DNA of 64,000 bases from Clostridia bacterium (GTDB lineage: Bacteria > Bacillota > Clostridia > Oscillospirales > Acutalibacteraceae), in assembly GCA_017397845.1 (NCBI GenBank), contig JAFQHU010000011.1:5666-69665 (forward strand), written 5' to 3'. Of the stretch, positions 37,853-47,500 are shown piece after piece. The number at the start of each line of letters is the position of its first letter. The first letter of the stretch is position 1. The translations under genes were made by a program, and so were the position numbers. A model generated the notes under the pieces. That model did no database searches and was not told where the DNA came from. It saw only the letters and a program-made list of their open reading frames with translations.

Positions 37853-39766
37853 ATGGAAAATTTATTAAATAAAAATCAGAAACAATGGTTTATATCGTTT
37901 CTTCTTGCTTCACTGACAGTTTTTTCGTACGGCTTAAAGATATCTCTGGCTGTTGTTCCTGAAAGTGTGACAGAACTGGAAATATATTCCTTTGCCCCCT
38001 TCAGGTTTATCACCGATATTATTTATTCGACTAAGGCACCTGATTGGTTTATGGTTTTGCTTTGTGCAGGCATGGCTTATCTGTATAATGAAAGGCTTTT
38101 TTGCAAAAGGAATGTGAAAAGCAGTGTCGCGATTACGGCAGTTTCTGCGGTTATTGTTTTTGCACTTCTGCTTTGTTACAGCTACAGCAACACCAATTCT
38201 TGGGATCTGGTTTTTGCGGGAAAGACAGTGTTTGCGAAGGCCTTGATAAAAGTTGCAGGCTTTACTCCTGCGGTGTTTATCGTTGTTGATTTTTTTGTGA
38301 ATCTTAATCTTGTAGTTACTCAGAATGAATCATATAAAGGTGAGCCTTTTAAAACCGTATTAATAACTGCCGCGGCTTTTATGCTGTGCTGGGTGCCGTA
38401 TTTCATTCTGCTTTATCCGGGATGTGTTACTAATGATGCTTTTGATCAGCTGGCACAGGCTATATATGCTCCTGGCTACTGCTGGAGTAAAAACACGGTA
38501 GTTCTTTTGGACGAAAGCGTTATACTTAATAACCATCATCCGCTATTTTACACTGGTGTTATGAAACTCACTGTAATGCTTGCTAAGGCTATGAATAATG
38601 CCTACGAAGCGGCCTTTGAGATTCTTTGTATTTTCCAGTCGCTGACTCTTGCGGTAACCTTTGCATATATGATTTATGTGATGCAGAAGAATAATGTCAG
38701 CAAACGTTACAGACTTGGAGTATTTTTATTCTGTGCCCTTAATCCGCTGTTCCCGATTTACGGGATGACGGTGGTAAAGGATACTTTCTTCTGTGCTATG
38801 TTTGTAGCGGTGGGAGTGCAGCTTTACGAGCTTCTTACACTTGAAAAAACCAGCATACAACGGTATGCAGTATTCTTTCTGACGGTTTTAATTTTCTTGT
38901 TTACACGAAATAACAGCGTGTATATTATGGGACTGATTGCATTGTGTGTAATTGTTCTTTATTTCAGAAGCAAGATAAAAATGATTAAAATAACAGCAAT
39001 AATTCTTGTACCTGTTATTTTATATCAGGTAGTATTCATCGGTATGATATGTCCTGCCTTTAGCATAACTCAGGGAAGTCCGCGTGAAATGCTTTCTGTT
39101 CCGTTTCAGCAGACGGCACGCTATATCAAAGAGCATCGCGATGAAATAACTCCGGAAGAGGAGGAGATAATCACTGCTGTTTTTAACTGCAATGATGATA
39201 TAGATACACTGACGGAGCTTTACGCAGGAAGTTTTGCAGATAATGTTAAGAACACCTTTAATAAGAACGCAACAAGTGAAGAACTCGTAAAGTATTTTAA
39301 AATGTGGTTCAGTTGTCTCATGAAGCATCCTATGACGTATGTAGAAGCTTATCTTAATCTTCATTACGGATGGTTCTCTTATGAAGGAAACAATTTCATT
39401 TCTTATGCATCGGTAGGAACCTGGTTCGGTGGGGAAATGATAAAGTCCTTTGAAGGTTATATGGGTAATAGTTCTATGAGAGCCATAGTAAGTAACGGTC
39501 TTGAATTTCTTAATAAAAGTCCACTTACATCACTGATGCTGGAAATGGCAACTTATACATGGCTATATCTGTTGCTTCTGTTCTACATCATAAAAAGAAA
39601 GAATAAATCGGGCTTTATAGTGTGCGGTCTGGCATTCTTTAACTACCTTATATCATTTGTAGGTCCTGTAGCCTATATGCGCTACGCTTTACCCATGGTG
39701 TGTCTTGCGCCTTTTGCAATATTCATAGTATTTAAAAAGAAAAAGGAGATTGAAAACAATGGATAA
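37853..39766 (+). CDS. Large polytopic membrane protein, candidate GT-C-type glycosyltransferase
   Basis: 637 aa with more than 10 TM segments and an extracytoplasmic-looking loop (DAFDQLAQA...NNHHPLFYT). It is translationally overlapped with the downstream GT2 gene. The function is inferred from context only. Confidence 0.45.
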   Translation: MENLLNKNQKQWFISFLLASLTVFSYGLKISLAVVPESVTELEIYSFAPFRFITDIIYSTKAPDWFMVLLCAGMAYLYNERLFCKRNVKSSVAITAVSAVIVFALLLCYSYSNTNSWDLVFAGKTVFAKALIKVAGFTPAVFIVVDFFVNLNLVVTQNESYKGEPFKTVLITAAAFMLCWVPYFILLYPGCVTNDAFDQLAQAIYAPGYCWSKNTVVLLDESVILNNHHPLFYTGVMKLTVMLAKAMNNAYEAAFEILCIFQSLTLAVTFAYMIYVMQKNNVSKRYRLGVFLFCALNPLFPIYGMTVVKDTFFCAMFVAVGVQLYELLTLEKTSIQRYAVFFLTVLIFLFTRNNSVYIMGLIALCVIVLYFRSKIKMIKITAIILVPVILYQVVFIGMICPAFSITQGSPREMLSVPFQQTARYIKEHRDEITPEEEEIITAVFNCNDDIDTLTELYAGSFADNVKNTFNKNATSEELVKYFKMWFSCLMKHPMTYVEAYLNLHYGWFSYEGNNFISYASVGTWFGGEMIKSFEGYMGNSSMRAIVSNGLEFLNKSPLTSLMLEMATYTWLYLLLLFYIIKRKNKSGFIVCGLAFFNYLISFVGPVAYMRYALPMVCLAPFAIFIVFKKKKEIENNG

Positions 39767-40712
39767 AATAGCAGTTCTTATTCCCTGTTACAACGAAGCC
39801 AAAACAATAAAAAAGGTTGTTGAGGATTTCAAATCAGCACTTCCGGACGATGCAGTAATTTATGTTTATGACAATAATTCCTCTGACGGCACTGCAGAAA
39901 TAGCCAAAGAAGCAGGTGCTGTGGTTCGTTATGAGCGTAAGCAGGGTAAGGGTAATGTAATCAGAAAAATGTTTTATGAAATAGATGCCGAATGTTATAT
40001 TATGGCTGACGGTGACGACACCTATCCTGCTGAAAGTGCAGGTGAGATGGCTGATAAAGTTCTCAGTGAGGGTGTGGATATGGTTATCGGTGACCGTCTT
40101 TCATCGACTTACTTTACTCAGAATAAGCGTCCCTTCCATAATTTCGGTAACGATTTGGTAAGAAAGAGTATAAATCTGCTTTTCAAAAGTGATATAAAGG
40201 ATATCATGACCGGCTATCGCGCCTTTAGCTATCGTTTCGTTAAATCATTTCCGCTGCTTTCAAAAGGCTTCGAAATTGAAACTGAAATGAGTATCCACGC
40301 AGTGGATAAGAACATGACTTTGGAAAATGTGGTAATCGAATATCGTGACCGTCCTGAGGGCAGTGAGTCAAAGCTTAACACCATTTCAGACGGTATCAAG
40401 GTTCTCAGAACCATAGTTCGTCTTTTCAGAAACTATAAACCTCTCAGATTTTTCGGTATTATTGCCGCTGTTCTTGCGATTCTGAGCATAGGCTTCTTTA
40501 TTCCCGTTCTGGTGGAATACATTAAAACAGGACTCGTACCTCATTTCCCTACTCTCATCGTGTGCGGTTTCACGGCTGTTGCTGCTATACAGTCTCTTTT
40601 TTCGGGTCTGATTCTTGAAAATATACAGCAGAAAAACAGACAGGACTTTGAGATGGCTCTTATTAATATAAGACATCATTATCTGGAGAAAAAAGGTGCA
40701 GACGATGATTGA
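39759..40712 (+). CDS. Family 2 glycosyltransferase, polyprenyl-phosphate sugar synthase type (GtrB/CsbB-like)
   Basis: IAVLIPCYNEAKTI, YDNNSSDGT and MADGDDTYP (DxD) motifs, plus two C-terminal TM helices. ATG 39759 with SD AAAGGAG overlaps the upstream stop codon. Confidence 0.85.
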   Translation: MDKIAVLIPCYNEAKTIKKVVEDFKSALPDDAVIYVYDNNSSDGTAEIAKEAGAVVRYERKQGKGNVIRKMFYEIDAECYIMADGDDTYPAESAGEMADKVLSEGVDMVIGDRLSSTYFTQNKRPFHNFGNDLVRKSINLLFKSDIKDIMTGYRAFSYRFVKSFPLLSKGFEIETEMSIHAVDKNMTLENVVIEYRDRPEGSESKLNTISDGIKVLRTIVRLFRNYKPLRFFGIIAAVLAILSIGFFIPVLVEYIKTGLVPHFPTLIVCGFTAVAAIQSLFSGLILENIQQKNRQDFEMALINIRHHYLEKKGADDD

Positions 40713-41100
40713 GCTTATAAAACAGTTAGTTAAGTTTGGCTTTGTTGGTGGTATTTGCTTCGTAATAGACTATGGAGTGATGGTGCTGCTCACAGAGGTG
40801 GCAGGGATGGAATATCTTCTTTCCTGTGGAATATCCTTTACTGTTTCTGTTATTGCGAATTATATTCTGAGTATGAAGTTCGTTTTTGAAAGAAAAGATA
40901 ATATGGACAGAAGGGTAGAGTTTATAATTTTTGTAATTATGAGCGTTATAGGTCTGGGTTTAACGGAGCTTCTTATGTGGGTATTCGTTGACAAGGCTGA
41001 TATTCATTATATGATTTCGAAGATAGTAGTTACGGCCATAGTTATGGTATATAACTTTGTTACTCGAAAGATTTTTTTAGAAAAGAAAAAAAGTTCATAA
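40696..41100 (+). CDS. GtrA family membrane protein (polyprenyl-phosphate-sugar flippase-like)
   Basis: 134 aa, four TM segments, LVKFGFVGGICFVIDYG N-terminus and YNFVTRKIF C-terminus typical of GtrA. The start is either GTG 40696 or ATG 40705. Confidence 0.8.
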   Translation: MQTMIELIKQLVKFGFVGGICFVIDYGVMVLLTEVAGMEYLLSCGISFTVSVIANYILSMKFVFERKDNMDRRVEFIIFVIMSVIGLGLTELLMWVFVDKADIHYMISKIVVTAIVMVYNFVTRKIFLEKKKSS

Positions 41101-41106
41101 AACGAA

Positions 41107-41140
41107 GAGCAACCGATTTTATTTCGGTTGCTCAGATTTT
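41107..41140. terminator. Bidirectional terminator between convergent genes
   Basis: 10-bp stem GAGCAACCGA / TCGGTTGCTC with a T-rich tail on the plus strand. Confidence 0.7.
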
Positions 41141-42090
41141 TATATTAATTTATATTCAAATCTTGTATAATCACCGGTCTTATATTCACCGCTGATAAAT
41201 TTACGAGCCCGGAAGATCACTTTGTCTTCATAAACTTCGCACAAATAACCGACACCGCAGTCTGTGATACCGAAGTTGTTTTCCTTTCTGTAGCCTGGGA
41301 TACTGATGGAATGCACATTGTTTTCTTCGTTTATTACTTCTGCCACTTTTTCAAAAATGCCGCCGTGAAGATGTCCGTTGATGAAAAATACATTCTTATA
41401 TTTTTCCATAACTGCTCTGACTTCGTCATTCTGTTCGCCCATATCGCCTGTCTTCCATACTTCGGGAAGACCGTGGGTTTCAGCAAAGGGCTGATGGCAC
41501 ATAACGAAAACGGGCTTTCCGTCTTTGGTTCCTCTGGCTAATTCTTTGTCTAAAAAAGCAATCTGCTCAGGGGAAATATACGCTTTTTCCAATATTCTCT
41601 TTTCAGTACATAAAACTATAAAGGTATAACCCTTGATATCGCAGGAGTAATAAACCTTTCCTGTATTGTCACCGAGATAATCCCTGATTTTTTTTATGAG
41701 GATTTTTGTGTTCTTTTTAAAAAACAAACGGGCATCATGGTTTCCCATGGTAACAAGTAGCTTATCAGCGACATTCTGTTTGTCGAGAACACGGAAAAAT
41801 CTTTCGTATTCATTATCGGTTCCGTAGTCGGCTATGTCACCCGCCATGAGAAAGGTATCAAACTTTTCCTTTGAGTTTGCCATATCTTCGAAAGTATTGG
41901 CAAGATTTTTTTCCGCACTTTCTCTGTTCGGTAAATGTGTGTCGGCAATTATTGCCATGGAAAGCTTAATGTTTTCGCTGTCTTCGAAGGTGATGGGCTC
42001 ATCCTTTGACACAGTATAAATCACGTCGTATTTCGGATTCATAGCTTTGAACTGTTTGATATATTTGTCTATAAAGATTTTGGCTGACAT
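41140..42090 (-). CDS. Calcineurin-like metallophosphoesterase
   Basis: IIADTHL, GDIADYG, GNHD and GHLHG metal-binding motifs in canonical order. Confidence 0.8.
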   Translation of the reverse strand: MSAKIFIDKYIKQFKAMNPKYDVIYTVSKDEPITFEDSENIKLSMAIIADTHLPNRESAEKNLANTFEDMANSKEKFDTFLMAGDIADYGTDNEYERFFRVLDKQNVADKLLVTMGNHDARLFFKKNTKILIKKIRDYLGDNTGKVYYSCDIKGYTFIVLCTEKRILEKAYISPEQIAFLDKELARGTKDGKPVFVMCHQPFAETHGLPEVWKTGDMGEQNDEVRAVMEKYKNVFFINGHLHGGIFEKVAEVINEENNVHSISIPGYRKENNFGITDCGVGYLCEVYEDKVIFRARKFISGEYKTGDYTRFEYKLI

Positions 42091-42190
42091 AGGTTTTTTA
42101 CCTCCGCAAATTTTATGCTTTTAATTATATCAGCATTTCGTCTTTTTTTCAAGTGGTCGTTATATAAGATTATTCCCGCTCGGTGAAACG

Positions 42191-43057
42191 TCATGGCAAA
42201 AAAAGCTTATTACCGTTTAAATCGAAATCTCTCATACTCACTCTTTCTATGCTGATGCTGTCACATCTGTTATAATAATACACACCCGTATCTGTGTTGC
42301 AGCATGAAGAGTATCGGGTGTAATGGGCTCCACCGCTTTTTCTTACACATCCCTGCGGAACACTGACCAAAGACAGCATACGGAAAAATTGATTCACGCT
42401 TTCATCTTCACCGCTTTTTGGTGAAGATTTTTCTTTTAGGCAGGCGGCGCGTATAAACCTCGACTCCGAGGAAAAGTCGCCGGGCAAAGCTTTGTCAGAA
42501 AGCATAAATGTTTCTGTATTAATCATATGGCGGTCAAATGTGGGATTGTTTGAAAGCACTCCCCATGGGTTATTATAAATTCTGAGTCCCTCTGCGACGC
42601 TTTCTACGGTAACGGAGCCGCTTTTGTCCGATATTATCCAATGGAGAGGCGATAAGGGATAATTCTCGCTGAAGGGCAAATTCACTATATTGAGCTCTTT
42701 TAATTTTTCCTTAACGTCACACAGACATGCACATTTGCCCAAAAGCCATGGTATCAGCTCGTAAGGAGCGAGGTTGATTTTATCCGGCTTCGCTTTGCCG
42801 TAAAATGCATTGTCGGGAAAGTTCAGTCCCGCCATACTCAGGCCCTTTTCGTTTGTGCCCTCGAAAAAGAGGGGATATCCATCCGTTATTACAGCCATAC
42901 CTATGAGCGCAAAGTGTTCGTGAAGGTCAGGCAGCAGCTTTATCGGAAAAGAGAATTTTCGTGGTATAACGGTAACCTTCTCACCGTATTCCATATCCAA
43001 ATCTAAATTTCTGCCGAAGTAAAAATCATTACTTTTATAAGTCAGTGCTGTACACAT
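42191..43057 (-). CDS. Choloylglycine hydrolase family protein (bile-salt hydrolase / linear amide C-N hydrolase, Ntn)
   Basis: Start moved to ATG at 43057 (SD GGGAGGCAA), giving MCTALTYKSNDFYFGRNLD with the nucleophilic Cys2 typical of this family. Confidence 0.85.
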   Translation of the reverse strand: MCTALTYKSNDFYFGRNLDLDMEYGEKVTVIPRKFSFPIKLLPDLHEHFALIGMAVITDGYPLFFEGTNEKGLSMAGLNFPDNAFYGKAKPDKINLAPYELIPWLLGKCACLCDVKEKLKELNIVNLPFSENYPLSPLHWIISDKSGSVTVESVAEGLRIYNNPWGVLSNNPTFDRHMINTETFMLSDKALPGDFSSESRFIRAACLKEKSSPKSGEDESVNQFFRMLSLVSVPQGCVRKSGGAHYTRYSSCCNTDTGVYYYNRCDSISIERVSMRDFDLNGNKLFLP

Positions 43058-43218
43058 AATATTGCCTCCCTTGTCTTTTTTTATTTTATCCTTAAATGAA
43101 AAATCTAAGCATATAAAAAGCAATTTTAGCTATCGTTTTTTTGTTTTGAGAAAAATATTAAAAATAATTAAAAATTAGGAATGGGAAATTAAGAATAAAT
43201 AAGAAACGGCTTTTACGG

Positions 43219-43247
43219 TTGTTTAAAAGAACGTAATAAGGTATAAT
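43219..43247 (+). promoter_or_regulatory. Candidate promoter for the 43319-53461 gene string
   Basis: TTGTTT (43219-43224), 17-nt spacer, TATAAT (43242-43247). The -35 box is weak. Confidence 0.35.
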
Positions 43248-43318
43248 ATCAACAATAGCGGAGGTATACGTTTTTTTTGTCGTGTGCCGAGTATACGACG
43301 GATGAAAGGAGTGTAATT

Positions 43319-43702
43319 ATGAAGAGAAGATATATCTTTTTATGGTATATTTCCATCGGCTTATTTATTGTTTCGTTGGTTCCTTTTGTCGATTTTATGT
43401 ATCATACGAATTTCAGTACGATGCGGACTCTCGTTATATGTATATCTGTAGCTACATTATGTTATGTAATCAGCACCAAACAAATAACTTATCCTGAGGG
43501 CTACACTGCTATACAGGCTATGAGCTTTTATAGGCGGTGTAAAAAAGAAGGGATAAGTAAACCGGAGCAGTGCAGAAAGAAAACCGTTAAAATGAAAGAA
43601 ACAGCATTAAAATTCGAATTTTCTAAAAAATTAGAGCTTGACGGTTTGCTTGAGTTGTATGAAAAAGGATATGAACTTTTAAACGGAAAGGAAAACAAAT
43701 AA
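43319..43702 (+). CDS. Small membrane protein (2 TM + basic/helical tail), hypothetical
   Basis: ATG 43319 with SD GAAAGGAG. Two hydrophobic segments are followed by a Lys/Glu-rich C-terminus. Confidence 0.5.
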   Translation: MKRRYIFLWYISIGLFIVSLVPFVDFMYHTNFSTMRTLVICISVATLCYVISTKQITYPEGYTAIQAMSFYRRCKKEGISKPEQCRKKTVKMKETALKFEFSKKLELDGLLELYEKGYELLNGKENK

Positions 43703-43705
43703 TTT

Positions 43706-44428
43706 ATGTATATAGCTATTCATATTATTTCAATAATAATTGCCCTCGCTTTCAGTGGGTATCACGGATATAAGCTCGGTATCGGAAAAGCAAAATCAGT
43801 TCTGATTTCCGTTTTTTGCCTTATGACCTGTTATATTTTTGTCAGTGCGATACCATGGTTTGAAAGCGGTGAAATCGGCTCTCTCAATATGGTGAAAATT
43901 TATGCCTTTACCCCGCCTTTTTATTTCCTGGCAAGCAAGGTTTTCAAAGTACCCTTCAGAAATGTGTGCGACCTTAACGGTATATGGCCTATGATTCTTT
44001 TCGGTCTTTCTCATATGGCTTGCCTGATTCCTAAGTGTTGTGGCGGTTATGTGTATCTCGAAGGAACGAAAATGTGTGCTTTGGCACAGGCTCTCACAGG
44101 AACAAATATGATACCGAATCAGCTTATGGAGTCCATAGCAGGTCTGATTATTGCTTTGGCAATGTTCATTCTCGCATATAAAAAAGACTTTAAACTTAAC
44201 GGCAGACACTATTTTATAATGATAATTGTTTACGGTATTCAGAGATTTTTCTGGGAGTTCCTCAGAAATAATAATAAGATAATAATATTCGGAGAAATGA
44301 CCAACGCCGAAAGCGGTTATTTCGGCTTGTCTGACCTTTCTTTTTACTGTATAGCGATGATAGCGGTCGGCGTAGTATTCATTATTGCACTTAATATTAT
44401 TGATAAGAAAAAGGGTAAAGAAAATTAA
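43706..44428 (+). CDS. Polytopic membrane protein, weakly Lgt-like
   Basis: 240 aa, about 6-7 TM segments. YGIQRFFWEFLRNN resembles the Y-G-x-x-R-F-x-x-E-F-x-R motif of prolipoprotein diacylglyceryl transferases. Other Lgt motifs were not recognised. Confidence 0.45.
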   Translation: MYIAIHIISIIIALAFSGYHGYKLGIGKAKSVLISVFCLMTCYIFVSAIPWFESGEIGSLNMVKIYAFTPPFYFLASKVFKVPFRNVCDLNGIWPMILFGLSHMACLIPKCCGGYVYLEGTKMCALAQALTGTNMIPNQLMESIAGLIIALAMFILAYKKDFKLNGRHYFIMIIVYGIQRFFWEFLRNNNKIIIFGEMTNAESGYFGLSDLSFYCIAMIAVGVVFIIALNIIDKKKGKEN

Positions 44429-44499
44429 GTTATTTATAGTTTTTATTTAAACTTTAAATATAAAAATATGAATACAGGAGGTGTGTCAGTTCAAACCGA

Positions 44500-44547
44500 T
44501 TACTCATTCTGAATGAGTAACAACCGAATACTCATTTAAAATGAGTA
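44500..44547. promoter_or_regulatory. Tandem palindromes (candidate operator or 5'-UTR hairpins) upstream of the giant ORF
   Basis: TTACTCATTC-T-GAATGAGTAA (44500-44520, perfect 10-1-10) and TACTCATTT-A-AAATGAGTA (44529-44547, perfect 9-1-9). They are embedded in a ~29-nt direct duplication (CAAACCGATTACTCATT... / CAACCGAATACTCATT...). Confidence 0.45.
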
Positions 44548-44578
44548 AAGTTCCGAAATTTTTAATAGGAGGAAAATC

Positions 44579-47500
44579 ATGTTAGTAACAAAAAGAGAAG
44601 TTAAGCAAACTTCTAAAAAGCTTTTAAGTGTGTTACTTGCGGTCATTATGATTATGACCAGCATGAGCGTATGCTTCGGCACTGTATCCTTTGCCGCAGG
44701 TAAGGATGTGGATGTAACTGCACTCGCTGACGCACTTAAGTATGACAGCATTAAAAATGCATCATTCTCCGGCTCGGCCAATAACTATACAGTCAGTGAC
44801 CCTGACGGTAAAGTTCTTGCGGCAGTAGATGCTTATTTTGCAGTAGTAGATGCTATGGCAAATAAGACACCTACAAATCAGAACCCTTCTACAGGTACAT
44901 CCAGTACCAATCAGACTGGTGAATCATCTGACAAAACCTACAGAACCATCAACCATCTTAATGCCAGAGTAAAAACTCTTCTCAGCAATAAGATGGGCGG
45001 TGACTACACTACATATAATGTGGATGCTTTCATCACAGGTCTTTTGGCAGGATCAACAGTCAGTGAAGGAACCTCAAAGAAAACTGTAGGTCCCGCTACA
45101 TCAAACAACACCGCAAAACCTGCTACACCTCTTGCTGCTGCTCCCGATGTGAAGCTTACGGTTATGATGGAAAGTGCTGTTACGGGATACACTCTTGATA
45201 CTCTTCCCGACAGCGTAGTTACATCAAAGACCTACACAGTAAAGCACGCTAATACAAACTATGATTATAAGTTTACTTATACAGCAGCTACAAAGGATAG
45301 TTGCGGTAACAGTAACAATGATCAGAAGTATCAGCATGACTATTGGTTCTACTATAACTACAGCTCATATTCAGCAGAAGACGGCGCTTCTAAGTCTACA
45401 CAGACTATCAAAAACACACAGTCTACTCTGGAGACTTACGCTGACTATTTCTCAATGGGTATGGATGCGCTTTATGCTGTTCCTGCCTCCACTCTTGACA
45501 CAGTAAGCACTGCTGTGAAAAATGCTAAAGCAAATGTCGTCAGCGGCTTTGGTGCAGGTGTTTACTCTCACTTCTTCTCATCTTATAATGTGGAGAAGCT
45601 TACAGGTGACATCATTATCGCTAAAGAAATCCAGGTTCTTGCTCCCAAACTTCTCAAAGCTTACGAGGAGATGGAAAAGGGCTACGATGATATCATTAAC
45701 GATAAAGACGCTCTTAACACCCTCGCACAGACTGTGAAGACAGCTATGGATGCTTATGATGCAGCCTCTGCAGATGCTAAGACCTATGTTACAGAGGCAG
45801 GCTTCATCCGCACTGAAGCAGCAACCTTCTACAGCAAGGTTCTCCGTGAAATCGAGCTTATCGAGCTTCGTGAGCTTGTTGAAGAAATTACAGAAGGTAT
45901 CAAACCTTATGCTTTCTATACTGAAGACGGTATCGATGAAGGTACAGTAACATCAAAGATGATCGGTGATGCTCTTACTGCTGTTAGCGGTTATCAGACC
46001 CGTCTTGCAAAGTACAATACTGCAGATGTTGATGACATTAATCCCGGTATACGTGGCGGACTTTTTGATCTTAAGAATGTTCTTAATACTCTCAGCGTAG
46101 CTGCCGGCTATAATGATCAGTTCAGTGCACAGTATGCAAAATTTGCTTCTGAAATCTTCTCCGTAACCGATGCAAACGGTGACATCGGAACTCTTCTTTC
46201 CGCTCTTCAGAGCTATGACGGCTGGTACACAGGTCTTAAGTCTCTTATCGCAGAAATGAAATCAGTTCTCGGTGAAGAGCTCGCTGACAAGCTCTTTGAT
46301 GACCTTAACGATGTTATGACAGAGCGTATGGATGATGCTTATGTAGCACTCAATGCTCTTCTTGAAGCACAGATTGACTATGCTTACGATCTCTTTAAGG
46401 CATACACAAGTGCCTATGGCGAAAAGGTTAGCATGGCAACTGTTTCCGAGTATAGAGCCATGCAAGCTTCGATTGGTCTTATAAATGCTGATGCTTACAG
46501 CTTGCTTAACGGCACAGCCAACTTTGAAATTTCCGATGAAGCAGTGGCTAAGTACGAAGAAATGCAGAAGGATTTCCCTGAATATGAGGAATTCCTTGAC
46601 AGTCACGGCTTCTCGACCTATCAGCAGACATTTATGCCTGACCTCGAGAGACCCGACACAGAAAAGGATATCGCCCGTGAAAACGAGGATGGTGTTTACA
46701 AGACATCCGATGCAGAAATCGAAAAGATAATCAACCTTCTCGATAATCTTCTTCAGAACGATGCTGTAAAGGAACTTCTCGGTTCTCTTATTAATAAGGA
46801 TGAGGAAACAGGTGAGCCTACAGGTGAGCCCTTTGATATTGCAGACCTTATTTCCGGTCTTCTCGAAGATGTGGTTTATACTGACAGTCTTATCAACACC
46901 ATCGTTCAGTATGTATATCCTCTCGTTTGTAAGGAATTTGCAAAGGTTTGGGCAGGTCTTCCCTCCACATTCACAGCATTAGGTGTTGAAACGGGTGTTT
47001 CTCTTGCTCCTACAGCCGATGTTAAGGATTGTCCTCTTTATCTCGACGATGTAGAAAAAGCTATCGGATCAGTAGGTGTTTATCTCTCTCCCGTTAAGCT
47101 CGCTGAAAATCTTAAGAAAAATAACGATTATAAAGGCTATACTCAGGTAATTGCAAAGCTCGAATCTGCTACTACTAAGGCAGTTTATAACCTCAACGGT
47201 GAAGGTGATGCTGACGATACTTTCCAAAATCCCTGGGAAGATGCAAATCTTTTCACTAATGTTTATGATGAAGTAACAGGTGAACAGGTATTCAATGACG
47301 ACGGTACACCCAAGCAGGTCTACGACCTTAATTGGGGTGTAGATGAAGCTACCGATAAGAAAGCTGCATTTATCAACGCAGCTTGTGCAGCTCTTTCGGG
47401 TCTTGAACCTCTTCTTATGGCTATCATCGCTGATACCACTTATGTTAACCCAAATACAACAGGCACAGATGCCCGCGGATCAAAAATCGGTACAGGTAAG

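Noticed and set aside
44476-44515. AGGAGG at 44476-44481 followed by a GTG-initiated 9-11-codon frame ending in the first palindrome (possible leader peptide of the giant gene)
   Set aside because: The candidate GTG codons begin 0-2 nt after the SD-like hexamer, which is far too close for initiation. No ATG is available. It is more likely a chance purine run.
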